Assembly (NCBI GenBank): GCA_032718475.1
Contig: JAUCBJ010006785.1
Span: forward strand, 1 to 40,452
DNA: 40,452 bases
Source: Nemertoderma westbladi
Taxonomy: Eukaryota; Animalia; Xenacoelomorpha
Reading direction: 5' to 3'
The notes under the pieces: model-generated
What the model was told of the DNA's origin: nothing
Databases searched by the model: none
The model's input: the letters and a program-made list of their open reading frames with translations, nothing else
Shown: positions 1-10,354 of the stretch, piece after piece
How positions within the stretch are numbered: position 1 is the first letter of the stretch
Layout: each line of letters begins with the position of its first letter
Program-made: the position numbers and the translations under genes

Positions 1-1408
1 TGAAAACTGTTTTCAAAAATATTGGGTAGTTTTCGAGTTATAGCACCATTTTTTAACCCTACTTTTGGCACTTTTTTTTGAGACTTTTTTGAAAATTACT
101 TCCTGAAATATGATTTGTAACATCTATATTTTTGATTTACACCGGTTTTTTGTTGTTAGCAATTGGGTGGAATTCATATATATTAATTTAGAAATTTAAA
201 AGTTATTTTTTTCGGCGGGTGCCAAATTTTGGTGCAAGCACCAAATTTTGAAATATGTCAATTATGTAAATTGATTGTTTGAAACTTGTTTTTTACGCAA
301 TTGGGGTTTTTAGGGGTTCTGGTCTCGATGGAATATATACGAGTTGCACAAAGCGTATCAAACTTGTATTTTTTGGTGCTGTGTGAAAATTTTGGTGCTA
401 GCACGAAATTTTGAAATTCCATTCAATAGATAAAATTGCTTGTGACAATTTATTTCTTTCGTTTTAGAGGTTTATGGCTGTTCTGAATTCAATGGAATAT
501 ATAATTATCGAACTAGACATCTCAAACTTGTATTTTTCGGAAGTGGGTGCAAAATTTGGTGCTAGCACCAAATTTTGAAAACCATATCAAATTTATCAAT
601 TGATTGCGTCATTTTGTTTCTTGCGTTATACGGGTTTGTGAGGGTTCTGAATTCAATGGAATCAGTAAAAATTTCATAAGAGTTTTCAAACTTGTATTTT
701 TCGCCGGTGGGTGAAAATTGTTGTGCCAGCACAATATTTTTGAAAATTAGCAAATTGTTCAGGAGATAGTATCATCTTGTTTCTTGTGTTATACGGGATT
801 CTGAGGGTCCTGAATCCGATGGAATCAATAAAAACAGCACTGGACATAGCAGACTTGTACTTTTTGGGGATGGGTACGAAATTTGGTGCCTAGCACCATA
901 ATTTGCAAAATTACGCCGAAAAATACAAGTAGCAATCATCTGGCATATTAGAAATGTATTCCATTAGAATCAGCGCCCTAGAAAACCTGAAAAATGTGAA
1001 TTAAAAATTTTGTGTTCTATCTGAAAAGTGCTGGTTATTTGTTTTTTTCATTTTTTTCGTCCGCAGAGAGGACTAAACAAAACAGCAATTTATAGTAATC
1101 ATATCATTTTTAACTATTTTCCAATGTATTTTGCGCCCCAGAAAACCTGTATTGAAAAACAATTAGCCGAAAAATGTAACTTTCAAATTTTGTGAAAATT
1201 GTGCACTACTTGTAATTTTGGTGCTGCAATATAACCACCCCAGTACATTTTTTCGAAATTTTTTTTTTCGGTCTGATCCAGACCTAATGATACCTACGTA
1301 CAAACAAAAAATCAGACGTTTTCGTAAAAATTTGTAGATTTTAGAGGGGGGTCAATATGACCACCCCCCCGTATTTGTACAACATTTTATAGCACGGTAC
1401 TAATAGGG
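1..1408. mobile_element. Right end of a piggyBac-like non-autonomous DNA transposon (left end outside window)
   Basis: AT-rich non-coding block ends ...TAATAGGG|TTAA (1401-1412), matching the CCCT/AGGG terminus and TTAA target of piggyBac; subterminal near-palindrome GGGGGGTCAATATGACCACCCCCCC at 1346-1370; composition switches abruptly to GC/purine-rich gag sequence after TTAA. Confidence 0.65.
220..910. repeat. About 5 diverged ~164-bp tandem subrepeats, each with a palindromic AATTTTGGTGC(T/A)AGCACCAAATT core
   Basis: Cores at about 225, 388, 553, 716 and 880; recurring AACTTGTATTTT and GGGTTCTGAATTCAATGGAAT motifs at the same spacing; inverted copies of these motifs at ~920-990. Confidence 0.7.
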
Positions 1409-1412
1409 TTAA

Positions 1413-2876
1413 TGTAAACACGTCGGACGTGTATGGCCAGACAGATGGGGCCCGGGTAGGCCACGTAGTTGGTAGGCAGGGAGTGGCTGGGTTGGGTAGA
1501 CCCGGCGAGGGCCTGGTAGGCCACGTAGTTGGTAGGCAGGGAGTGGCTGGGTTGGATGGACCCAGCGAGGGCCTGGTAGGCCACGTAGTTGGTAGACAGG
1601 GAGCAGAGGGCCTGGTAGGCCACGTAGTTGGTAGACAGGGAGCAGAGGGCCTGGTAGGCCGCATAGTCGGTAGGCAGGGAGCAGAGGGCCTGGTAGGCCA
1701 CGCAATAGCAGAGAGAGAGGCGGGGGTGAATAGACCCGACCGTGATAGGGTTGATGTGTCGACTAGAGAGGGATATAGTAGCGTAGTGAGGGATAGCGAA
1801 GTTAGATGTGGCGAGTGGGGGGGGGGGGGCTACAGGGGCCCCACAACAGCGAGTCAGCGGCGAAAGGGGGGGGGGGGGCAGAGAGTGTCCCACAGCCGTC
1901 AGCGGATAATGCGAGGGCCGAAATAGGTAAACCGCAACAACCGGCGACGGAAAGTAATAGGGGGATTGCGAGTATCCCCAGCGGCGTGCGACCGAGCAGA
2001 GAGAGACAGGTTGACGTCGTGAGAGGGCGGACGAAGCGTCGAGCCCGATCAGAAGAGGGAAGAAGAACAGTGGGGTTTAACCGGGAGGTCGACGAGAGAT
2101 CTCACGAGCGGGAATACTCCACTGAAAGGAGAGGAAGAGAAGACAGTAGTAGAGGTATCGCCGCGAACGATAGAAGAGCGAGGACGGATAGCGAGCCGTC
2201 GGTGGTCGAGATGAGAACAGAGAGTCAGTGGGGTCGGACTCCGGGAGATTGCCGTCGCCCCGGAGAGATGCGACCCGGCGAGGCGCACTACGCGCCGAGA
2301 GAGGGGTACGCGATGTACCGGTACGAAGATGAGAACAGTAGAGAGGGGGGTCGAAGAGAAACTTTCCGACGGAATACACCTATCGATCGAGAATACGGTA
2401 GCCGCGGGGAGGATTATTCGAGAGAGAATAAACTTCGATCCCGAACAACACATGCAGACTGTAGGACATACTGTAGGCCTTACTGCACATACCATAGGCC
2501 ATACTGAGAGAGGCAATGTAGGCGATAGGATGGCGCGGACAACGGGATTAAACCCGGAAGTCGCGGAATACATACCGGCGAGTAGGCCAGAAGCTGATAG
2601 GCCTATGCCGGTACCAGCACAGCAGTATGACTACAGCATGCAGGGACATAACATATACCCAGGGGAGGGGGGGAATCATTGCGGATAGGTGTATGGGCCC
2701 CAACATATTAACATCAACCCCATTACCAAACATACCGGCGGGGGGGGGGGGGGGGACAGGGTGACATTCCCCCATCACAATATCAACAATATACCCCGAT
2801 AGGAGCAAGAACAACGAGACCCTTAGATGAAAACAGGTCGTGTGACACAGAAATATGGAGGGGGCCGCTACCCCCG
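1413..2876 (+). pseudogene. gag: Low-complexity N-terminal Gag extension of element A, broken by frameshifts, several at G homopolymers
   Basis: Overlapping + ORFs 1429-1926, 1806-2507 and 2329-2688, plus the frame running into 2877 (GQGDIPPSQYQQ...PLPPMTYP), can be joined at G runs (~1866-1878, ~2667-2673, 2740-2755). Confidence 0.6.
1455..1702 (+). repeat. Coding minisatellite in gag: two 60-bp then three 39-bp units (GLVGHVVGRQGAE)
   Basis: GGTAGGCC anchors at 1455, 1515, 1575, 1614, 1653, 1692; unit lengths are multiples of 3 and only one + frame stays open. Confidence 0.85.
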
Positions 2877-5729
2877 ATGACATACCCAAGTCAGAGAAGA
2901 TCAAGAAATAGGACGGACGAACCGCACCAGACAGGAGAAACTATACAGCACCCGTCGAATCCATTGGAAGCGCAGGCGATGGGGATGGCCACGTTGATCG
3001 ATGCGTTGAAAACGAGGATCGAGCTACCACCCGTGGAACCATTCAAATTCGATGGGAGTAGGCCGGAAGAATATCTACAGTTTCGGCGCATGTATAGTAA
3101 CGAAATACTAACAAAAAACTTGACGCAGGCGGAGTGCCTAAAGTATCTGCAAGTATATACGGGAGGCCCAGCATACGATATCGTGAGGCAATATCAAGGA
3201 ATAGAGGGCGGCTTCACGACAGCATGGCGGGCACTGGATAGGGAATACGGGCACCCGGCCAAGATCATCAGGCAGACGCTGAGGGGCATAACATCGGGTG
3301 GCCTACAGGATAATCCCGTTAGCATTAAGACGTTCGCTAACAAAGTCGAAAAGGCGCTGATCGTGCTGAAGACGCTAGACGCGCCATACGAGCTCAATGC
3401 GTCCAATAACATCACCACGATAGCGCAGGCACTACCGAGTTGGATGCGCAACAAGTGGAGGAAAATTGCTTTCTCCACTCGAGACAAGAAGGGTGCGGAA
3501 CCGGGTTTAGAAGAAATGTCAAACTTCTTAAACTACGAGGCTGAGCTAATAACTGACCCAGTCTACAGCGAAGATAGCCTGGGAAAGGGACCGAAGACGG
3601 ATTACCATAGACCGAAACCAGAGCACAATACATCAAACGCATTACCGAGGCTCAGGCAATCATTGCCATATGCAGCGACGCAGGGGACTGCAAGTCCACA
3701 GCTAGCCGAAGATGAGACAACACCATGGAACGGACAGGGGAACAATAACAGCACGAATAAACATAACCCCAGTACGTCCAGTAGGCTGAATCCAAACAAT
3801 AAGAATAGTAGGGACTTTGGTACGAACGCAACTGCGATACGCAATGCGCTGTATAAAGAGGGCTACGACCCAAAGAGCAAATGCCAGCTACACGCAAATG
3901 CGCTTCATCAAACCATGAACTGCAGGTACTGGCAGGCGCTACCTAGGCAAGATCAGATAGATTATGCGTTGAGCAATAATATCTGCTCGCGATGTGTAAT
4001 GAGTGGACATAGAGCAAGGGAGTGCAAGGAGAAGCCGATAAAATTTGGTCAGAGAAGAGGCCAAACGATGGCGACGAGCACAGTAGGAGCGAAGAAGAGA
4101 GGAACGGTGCTACTTGGAGTAGTACCCGTGCGAGTGATTGGGGAAGGCAATCGATCAGTAACAACGCTAATGCTGGTTGATAGTGGAGCTGCCTTCACAT
4201 TAGTCGAGGAATGGGTGGCCGAAGAGATAGGATTGAGAACGAGGCCAAGCAGAATGGCGGTAACAACCATCTCTAGCAAAGATGAGATCCTGGAGATGAG
4301 GACAGGACGGTGCGCAATTGCAGCAGTGGCACCAGGATGCGACTATGGGGCAACCATCGACCCCATCCAAGTGATAGAGTCAATTAATATCAATGCCAGG
4401 CGACCAACCAACATCGAGGTCGAGCAGTATAAATTCCTGGACGACATTGACTTCTCAATCCCAGACGTGGACGTTAGGAAGGTGTCCATCATAGTAGGCA
4501 TGGACTGCCCAACGGCCCACGAAAGAATGCAAACGGTCTTCGGCGAAGACAAGCAGAGTGACCCGGTGGCCATATTAACACCATTCGGGTGGACGCTGAG
4601 TGGTCCAATTAAGAGCAAGATACCATTTAGGATGTCGGAGACATCAGGATGCATGTTCGCGGGAACAATGCAGGAAATGGGTGACGAGGGAGCAGAGGAG
4701 CAGCTTAAAAGACTGCTCAGACAGGATTTCGAGGGACTGAAAGAAACCGGGGTCGGGACCTCGGTGGAAGACAAGCAGGCTTTACAAAGCGTGGAGGAAT
4801 CGATGACATGCGATGAGGGGCGGTATACTATAGGAATGGTATGGAAACTACCGAAGATACCGCTGCCCGACAATAGGGGGATGGTACTCACGAGACTCCG
4901 CAAGCTGAAACAAACACTAAAACGGAGCCCCGAGAAGAATGAGTACATCCACAGAACAATTAAGAAGTACGTCGAGAAAGGATGGGCCGTGGAGTTACCG
5001 GTCGACGAGCCGAACACGGACAGGACATATTACCTGCCACTACACGTGGCTTTAGATCCAAAGAAAGGTAAACTACGGATGGTAGTCGACGCATCGGCAA
5101 AGACCGATGGAAAGTGCTTAAACGACTACCTGTTAGAAGGCCCAAACATATACAATTCGGGCATAGAGGTGTTACTTAGATTTAGAAATGGGAAACACGC
5201 CTTCACGTGTGACATAGAAGGCATGTTCAACCAAGTCCGTGTAACGGAGGAAGATAGCGACAGTCAGCGCTTCTTATGGTATAACGGCGAGGAAGAACCG
5301 TCGATAATACCGGCATATAAGATGGTAGTACAGAACATGGGGGCCAAGTCGTCTTCATTTACGACGACTATGGCAGTGAGAGACACAGTAAAGGGGAAGG
5401 AAGATAGATACAGCAGTAGGGCCGTCGATATGATTCGACGCGGCTTCTACGTAGACGACGGAATGGAGTCTGGAAATACGGTTAAGGAGATACTGGACAC
5501 AGGGCGCGAGGTTCGCGACATCCTAAAAGGATCCGGCTTTAACCTGACCAAATTCCAATCCAGTTCGGAAGAATTTATTAAGGCGATAGAGGACAGGAGA
5601 CCAGAATCGACCATGGACAATCCCACAACAGCCAAAGGGCAGGACATGGCGATTAAGAGAACAGAATCTCAACAGAAGGCATTGGGAATCGTGTGGGATA
5701 GAGAGACAGACGAACTTAATATCAGCTGA
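2877..5729 (+). CDS. gag-pol: BEL/Pao Gag (capsid-like domain, zinc knuckles), aspartic protease and reverse transcriptase; ends at a premature TGA
   Basis: PFKFDGSRPEEY capsid-like start, CSRCVMSGHRAREC knuckle, LVDSGA protease, LTPFGWTLSGP, KLRMVVDAS, CDIEGMFNQV and FYVDDG RT motifs. Confidence 0.93.
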   Translation: MTYPSQRRSRNRTDEPHQTGETIQHPSNPLEAQAMGMATLIDALKTRIELPPVEPFKFDGSRPEEYLQFRRMYSNEILTKNLTQAECLKYLQVYTGGPAYDIVRQYQGIEGGFTTAWRALDREYGHPAKIIRQTLRGITSGGLQDNPVSIKTFANKVEKALIVLKTLDAPYELNASNNITTIAQALPSWMRNKWRKIAFSTRDKKGAEPGLEEMSNFLNYEAELITDPVYSEDSLGKGPKTDYHRPKPEHNTSNALPRLRQSLPYAATQGTASPQLAEDETTPWNGQGNNNSTNKHNPSTSSRLNPNNKNSRDFGTNATAIRNALYKEGYDPKSKCQLHANALHQTMNCRYWQALPRQDQIDYALSNNICSRCVMSGHRARECKEKPIKFGQRRGQTMATSTVGAKKRGTVLLGVVPVRVIGEGNRSVTTLMLVDSGAAFTLVEEWVAEEIGLRTRPSRMAVTTISSKDEILEMRTGRCAIAAVAPGCDYGATIDPIQVIESININARRPTNIEVEQYKFLDDIDFSIPDVDVRKVSIIVGMDCPTAHERMQTVFGEDKQSDPVAILTPFGWTLSGPIKSKIPFRMSETSGCMFAGTMQEMGDEGAEEQLKRLLRQDFEGLKETGVGTSVEDKQALQSVEESMTCDEGRYTIGMVWKLPKIPLPDNRGMVLTRLRKLKQTLKRSPEKNEYIHRTIKKYVEKGWAVELPVDEPNTDRTYYLPLHVALDPKKGKLRMVVDASAKTDGKCLNDYLLEGPNIYNSGIEVLLRFRNGKHAFTCDIEGMFNQVRVTEEDSDSQRFLWYNGEEEPSIIPAYKMVVQNMGAKSSSFTTTMAVRDTVKGKEDRYSSRAVDMIRRGFYVDDGMESGNTVKEILDTGREVRDILKGSGFNLTKFQSSSEEFIKAIEDRRPESTMDNPTTAKGQDMAIKRTESQQKALGIVWDRETDELNIS

Positions 5730-5769
5730 GCCAGGAGGGCGCAGACATCCACACGAAGAGGGGCTATGT

Positions 5770-8086
5770 ATCGTATATAGCAAGGATATACGATCCCCTA
5801 GCCCTAGCATCCCCATTATTAGTCACGGGGAAACAGATACTCAAAAGAGTATACAAATTGAAGGATGAGTGGGATGTAGAGGTACCAGAGGAAATCAAGA
5901 AACAGTGGAGCAAGTGGACAAGAGACTTGGAGAAGATGGGAACATACAACATGCCCCGAGTGTATTTCCCGGATGGGAACATGACGAGTCTGGACCTACA
6001 CATGTTCTCCGATGCGTCGTTGGAAGCGTACGGAGCGGCACTCTACTTAGTACAACGAGAGGGGGCTCATAAGCCAAGACTAGCCTTTAGCAAAGCAAAG
6101 TCAACGCCGCCAGATTCAGCATCAGTTCCTAAGTTAGAATTGACAGCCGCGAGACTAGGAGTAAGAGCCACAGCCTACCTAGTGGATACTATTCCCAACA
6201 TAGTGGAGACACACTACTGGACGGACTCCATGGTAGTGCTTGGTTGGCTACACAACGAAAGGACGAGATACCCGATATTCGTCGCGAATAGAGTGGACGA
6301 AATAAGGGCGAGCACAGAAATGGAAAGGTGGCACTACTGCCCAACGGACGAGAACCCAGCGGACTTGTTGTCGAGGGGCGTGGTACGCCACACTTTCTTA
6401 AAGAAGGAAGTATTGTGGCAACATGGGCCACAATTTCTGAGCGATAAGGAGGCCTGGCCGCCGATGAGAAAGGTGGACCCGGGCACAGAAGTAGTGTCAG
6501 AGGGAGAAGAGGGAGATTCAGAGGGAGAAGAGATATACTCCCAGATGGTGAGGGAGATTATGGACGTGCAACCAGGACGAGAACTGTGCGATAACCCGAC
6601 GGATAAACTCCTCAGCTACAGTTCTAGTTGGTATAAGACCAAGAAACTAGTGGCGTACTGGAGAGCCTTCAGGAATTTCCTTGCGGGAGTTGGCAAGGAC
6701 AAGAAGATCAGGACAACCATAGATCTGGAAGGAGCGGCCAAGGCAGTGATCCGCTATGAACAACGGAAGAACTATGGCGACGAGGTGGAACGTGTCGGTA
6801 ACCAACAGCACCTCCGACGGGACAGCGAGCTGATTACGCTGTCACCACAACTCAATAACGACGGGATTCTAGTAATGAATTCTAGGGTGGGATACAACAA
6901 CAGCATAGTCGTACCACCGAAACCCATCATCATTCCCACAGGATCGCCAATAGTCCACCAGATTATCTGGGACTCCCACAAATCGATATTGCATGGGGGC
7001 ACTAACCGAACCCTCACAGAGATAAGGAGGACCTATTGGGTCAAACAACTGAGGAAGAAGGTAAAAGCGGTAGTGGGGCAGTGCCAGACCTGCCGACGAG
7101 CGAAGAAGGAGCGAGCCGTACAGGAGATGGCGCCACTACCGGCGAGTAGGGTAAGACAGCACGACCCGCCATTTACGCATTGCGGTGTGGACATGTTCGG
7201 GCCGATAAAGATCAAAGTGATGCGACACACGGAGAAACGCTACGGCATTATCTTCGTATGCAATAATACGCGGGCGGTAGGGATAGAACTCGCCCAAGAT
7301 GCAACCGCATCAGCGTTCATTAACGCCTTAGAAAGGTTTAGGGACCGCAAAGGTGGGACGATCGCAGTGATATACAGCGACAACGGCACCAACTTTGTGG
7401 GCGCAGAGAGTGAGATGGCAGAGGCCTTGGACATCTTGGAGGGAGAAGAAGTCAGGGCAGCCATGAGACGACGACAAGTAAAGTGGGAGAGAAGGACGCC
7501 GTATGCACCACATACACTAGGATGCGTCGAGAGACTGGTGGGCAGTTCAAAGCGTCTAATGACGAAGCTAATGAACACCCACATGGTCACTGAGGACGTC
7601 TTACGGACAGTACTTGCGAAATGCGAGGGGATCATTAATAGCAGACCGCTATATCCGGAGAATGATGACCCTGAGTCATTAGACGTGCTGACGCCTAGCC
7701 ATTTCCTGATGGAAAGGCCAGCGACCATCGATATGCGGGGTGTAGACCCAGATGACATACACTCCCGCCAAAGTTGGAAAGTCGCTAAAGCAATAAGCGC
7801 AGAGTATTGGAGGAGGTGGGTAGAAGAATACCTACCCACGCTCCATAAGCGAAGCAAGTGGAGGAAGCCGAACAGGGAGTTAAGAGTAGGAGATCTCGTA
7901 ATCGTTACGGATGATACTATCATCAACAACCAGTGGCGGTTGGCGAGAGTTGTAGGCACCTACTCAGATGAAGACGGAAGAGTCCGATCGGTAGAAGTGC
8001 GGATAGGTGGTAAGATAGGTGCGAAGGACAGGAAAACCTACAGGAGAGCAGTAGCCAAATGCTGTCTGCTAGAAGGAGCGCCTTAA
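5770..8086 (+). CDS. pol: BEL/Pao RNase H and integrase (continuation of pol after the nonsense codon and a frameshift at ~5760-5770)
   Basis: IARIYDPL upstream of 5858, HMFSDASLEAYGA, PKLELTAA, WTDSMVVL, NPADLLSRG; HHCC (HKSILHGG...CQTC), GVDMFGP, SDNGTNF, GCVERLV catalytic DDE; WVEEYLPTL...RSVEV C-terminus. Confidence 0.93.
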
Positions 8087-8239
8087 CTTGGAGTTAGAGT
8101 AGAGTTTAGTCGTCCAAGATTTGGACTGAGGGGGGTGGGATTGAGGGCGAGACGCCCTTCCCACACAAATAAAATAAAAATAAAATAAAAATAATAGTAC
8201 ATGGTAGGTACGCAGTTAGTAGGCAGAAGTTAGTTAAAA

Positions 8240-8795
8240 GGTACGTAGTACCTAGTTAGTTAGTTAGTTAGAAGGTACGTAGTACCTAGTTAGTTAGAGA
8301 GTTAGAGGGTACGTAGTACCGCTAGTTAGTTAGAGTTAGAGGGTACGTAGTACCGTTAGTTAGTTAGAGTTAGAGGGTACGTAGTACCGTTAGTTAGAGG
8401 AGAGTTAGAGGGTACGTAAGTACCGTTAGTTAGTTAGAGAGTTAGAGGGTACGTAAGTACCGTTAGTTAGTTAGAGAGTTAGAGGGTACTTAGTACCGTT
8501 AGAGAAGAGTTAGAGTTAGGGTACGTAGTACCGTTAGTTAGAGGAGAGTTAGAGGGTACGTAAGTACCGTTAGTTAGTTAGAGAGTTAGAGGGTACGTAA
8601 GTACCGTTAGTTAGTTAGAGAGTTAGAGGGTACGTAGTACCGTTAGAGAAGAGTTAGAGTTAGGGTACGTAGTACCGTTAGTTAGAGAAGAGTTAGAGGG
8701 TACGTAGTACCATTAGTTAGAGGAGAGTTAGAGGGTACGTAGTACTGTTAGTTAGAGAAGAGTTAGAGTTAGAGGGTACGTAGTACCGTTAGTTA
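8240..8795 (+). repeat. 16-copy ~35-bp minisatellite in the 3' region of element A (GGTACGTAGTACC core plus TTAG/TTAGAG runs)
   Basis: Cores at 8240, 8274, 8308, 8342, 8376, 8411, 8448, 8485, 8520, 8555, 8592, 8629, 8664, 8699, 8734, 8775. Confidence 0.9.
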
Positions 8796-10345
8796 GAGAG
8801 AGAGAGTAAGAGGTAAAAGGGGATATAGATATAGATATTAGTTAGCAGTTAGTAGAGATAGAGGGGCATATGAGTACAGCTGGGTAAATCGTATGGCCAC
8901 ACGACGCACACTGCTGTACTGCATAGGCCGACAGAGTAGGCCAGAATGTGGATTAGGGAATAGAATAATCAATAGGAAGCAGTAAGGTAGTAGGATTGAA
9001 ATAAAATCAAAAATAAAATTAGAATAAGAATAGGGCTAAGAAGGGGAACAAATTATGGTAACAGTAGTAAGAATAGGCAATAACTCAGAAATTCAGAAAG
9101 AGATAGGCCATCGAACTGAACTTAAACCACCTAAGCCCATCACTCATCACTTTGCGCCTTGGCAAGGCACCACCTACGGGTGAGCGATCGGGCAGAGTTC
9201 GACATGGCAGGTAAACTTGTGAGAGAGGAGAGAAGCAGAGGAGAGGGAGGAGGAAGCTAGGGTGCAGAGCTACGGCTTCGAGGAATAAGCAGCCTTAGAC
9301 GAACTTCGTTGGGCTTCGTCAGGGAGTTCGGGGGAGTCTCTAGGGAAAGAACTGGGGTGGACGGTGGGATCACCGAAACAGTCGACGTCGGGATTGCAAG
9401 CAATGAAGATGATCCTATGGGATGCCACCAGAGGGAGACAACCGGGCCACTCTGAGGGGCCACCTGCGAAACGGTATCGGGCACTAATAACACCAGCGCC
9501 CAAGGAGCCAACAACCGGAATCAACAGGGAGGTGGCGGCGAGAGTCCGAAAGCAGAAAGCGGATCCCAGAGGACGGGTGGTGACCAAGAAACGACCCAGG
9601 GAAGAGGACGCCAGGGGGAACTATCCTCAGAGGAACAGATAGGTTCCCAGGGCCGGGGGAGAGAAACTGGGACTTGGACGTGGTACGCCTGGAAGGCGCC
9701 GCGTGGGACGTACGAACTATTAAGTACAAATCTAATTAATGCAAATAATCATATAAGTGCAATTTGTATGTACGTACGTAGTGATTAGTAATCTAGAACA
9801 TATACGCTCGAAGTAAGTACTATAGTCAAACAACCTTTCTCAATTAGCTACTGGGACTGGGGGGTAAACTGACTATGGCACTATGGACGAGACACCAGAC
9901 AATTTCACACTTCTTGAGTGCGACGGCACGAGAGGGGAGGGAGATTTGTCAGAAGGGATGAGGTAGTCAGAGTGGGGTTGAGGGACGGAGTAATGGAGCG
10001 AAGTGCAGAGAGAGTGCGGACGCAATTCTAGTGTGGGGGGGGGGGAGAATAAGAGGCTGAGTGAGGGACGAGGAGGTCCGGGTGTATGGGAGAGTTAGGA
10101 TGAGAGTGAAGAAGAGATAGGGCGGAAGTGTTGGGGAAACAAAAGTTGCGTGAGAGGTGAGCGCGATCGGCCCGACATGAGACGCCAGGCACACAGGGTA
10201 GCGTTATCATACCCATAGGGGGCGGCCTGGAAAGCCGGCTCCGAGAGAAAAGAATTCCACCCCACACCCGATACTAGATCGGGATCCAGCGGGATTGTAG
10301 CGCACTTTTTTGGTTGATGCTATCTTCTTACCGGGAAGATAGCAT

Positions 10346-10354
10346 GGGGGGGAG
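10346..10354 (+). other. Polypurine tract of element A
   Basis: GGGGGGGAG directly before TGTTAG, preceded by an 11-bp hairpin (10317-10345). Confidence 0.75.

Noticed and set aside
5727-5775. Programmed readthrough or frameshift within pol of element A
   Set aside because: A stop plus a separate frameshift inside the conserved RT-RNase H connection, which is continuous in element C, is better explained by mutation or sequencing error.
1341-7959. Antisense ORFs over element A (e.g. 1341-1664, 4343-5017, 7240-7959) and 33738-34349 over element C
   Set aside because: Shadow frames of gag-pol or of the coding minisatellite, with no independent motifs.
8240-8795. Telomeric repeat
   Set aside because: TTAGGG occurs only sporadically; the unit is a ~35-bp composite internal to the retroelement.
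8087-10345. env gene in the 3' regions of A, B or C
   Set aside because: No long ORF with signal peptide, transmembrane segment or Cys-rich glycoprotein pattern.
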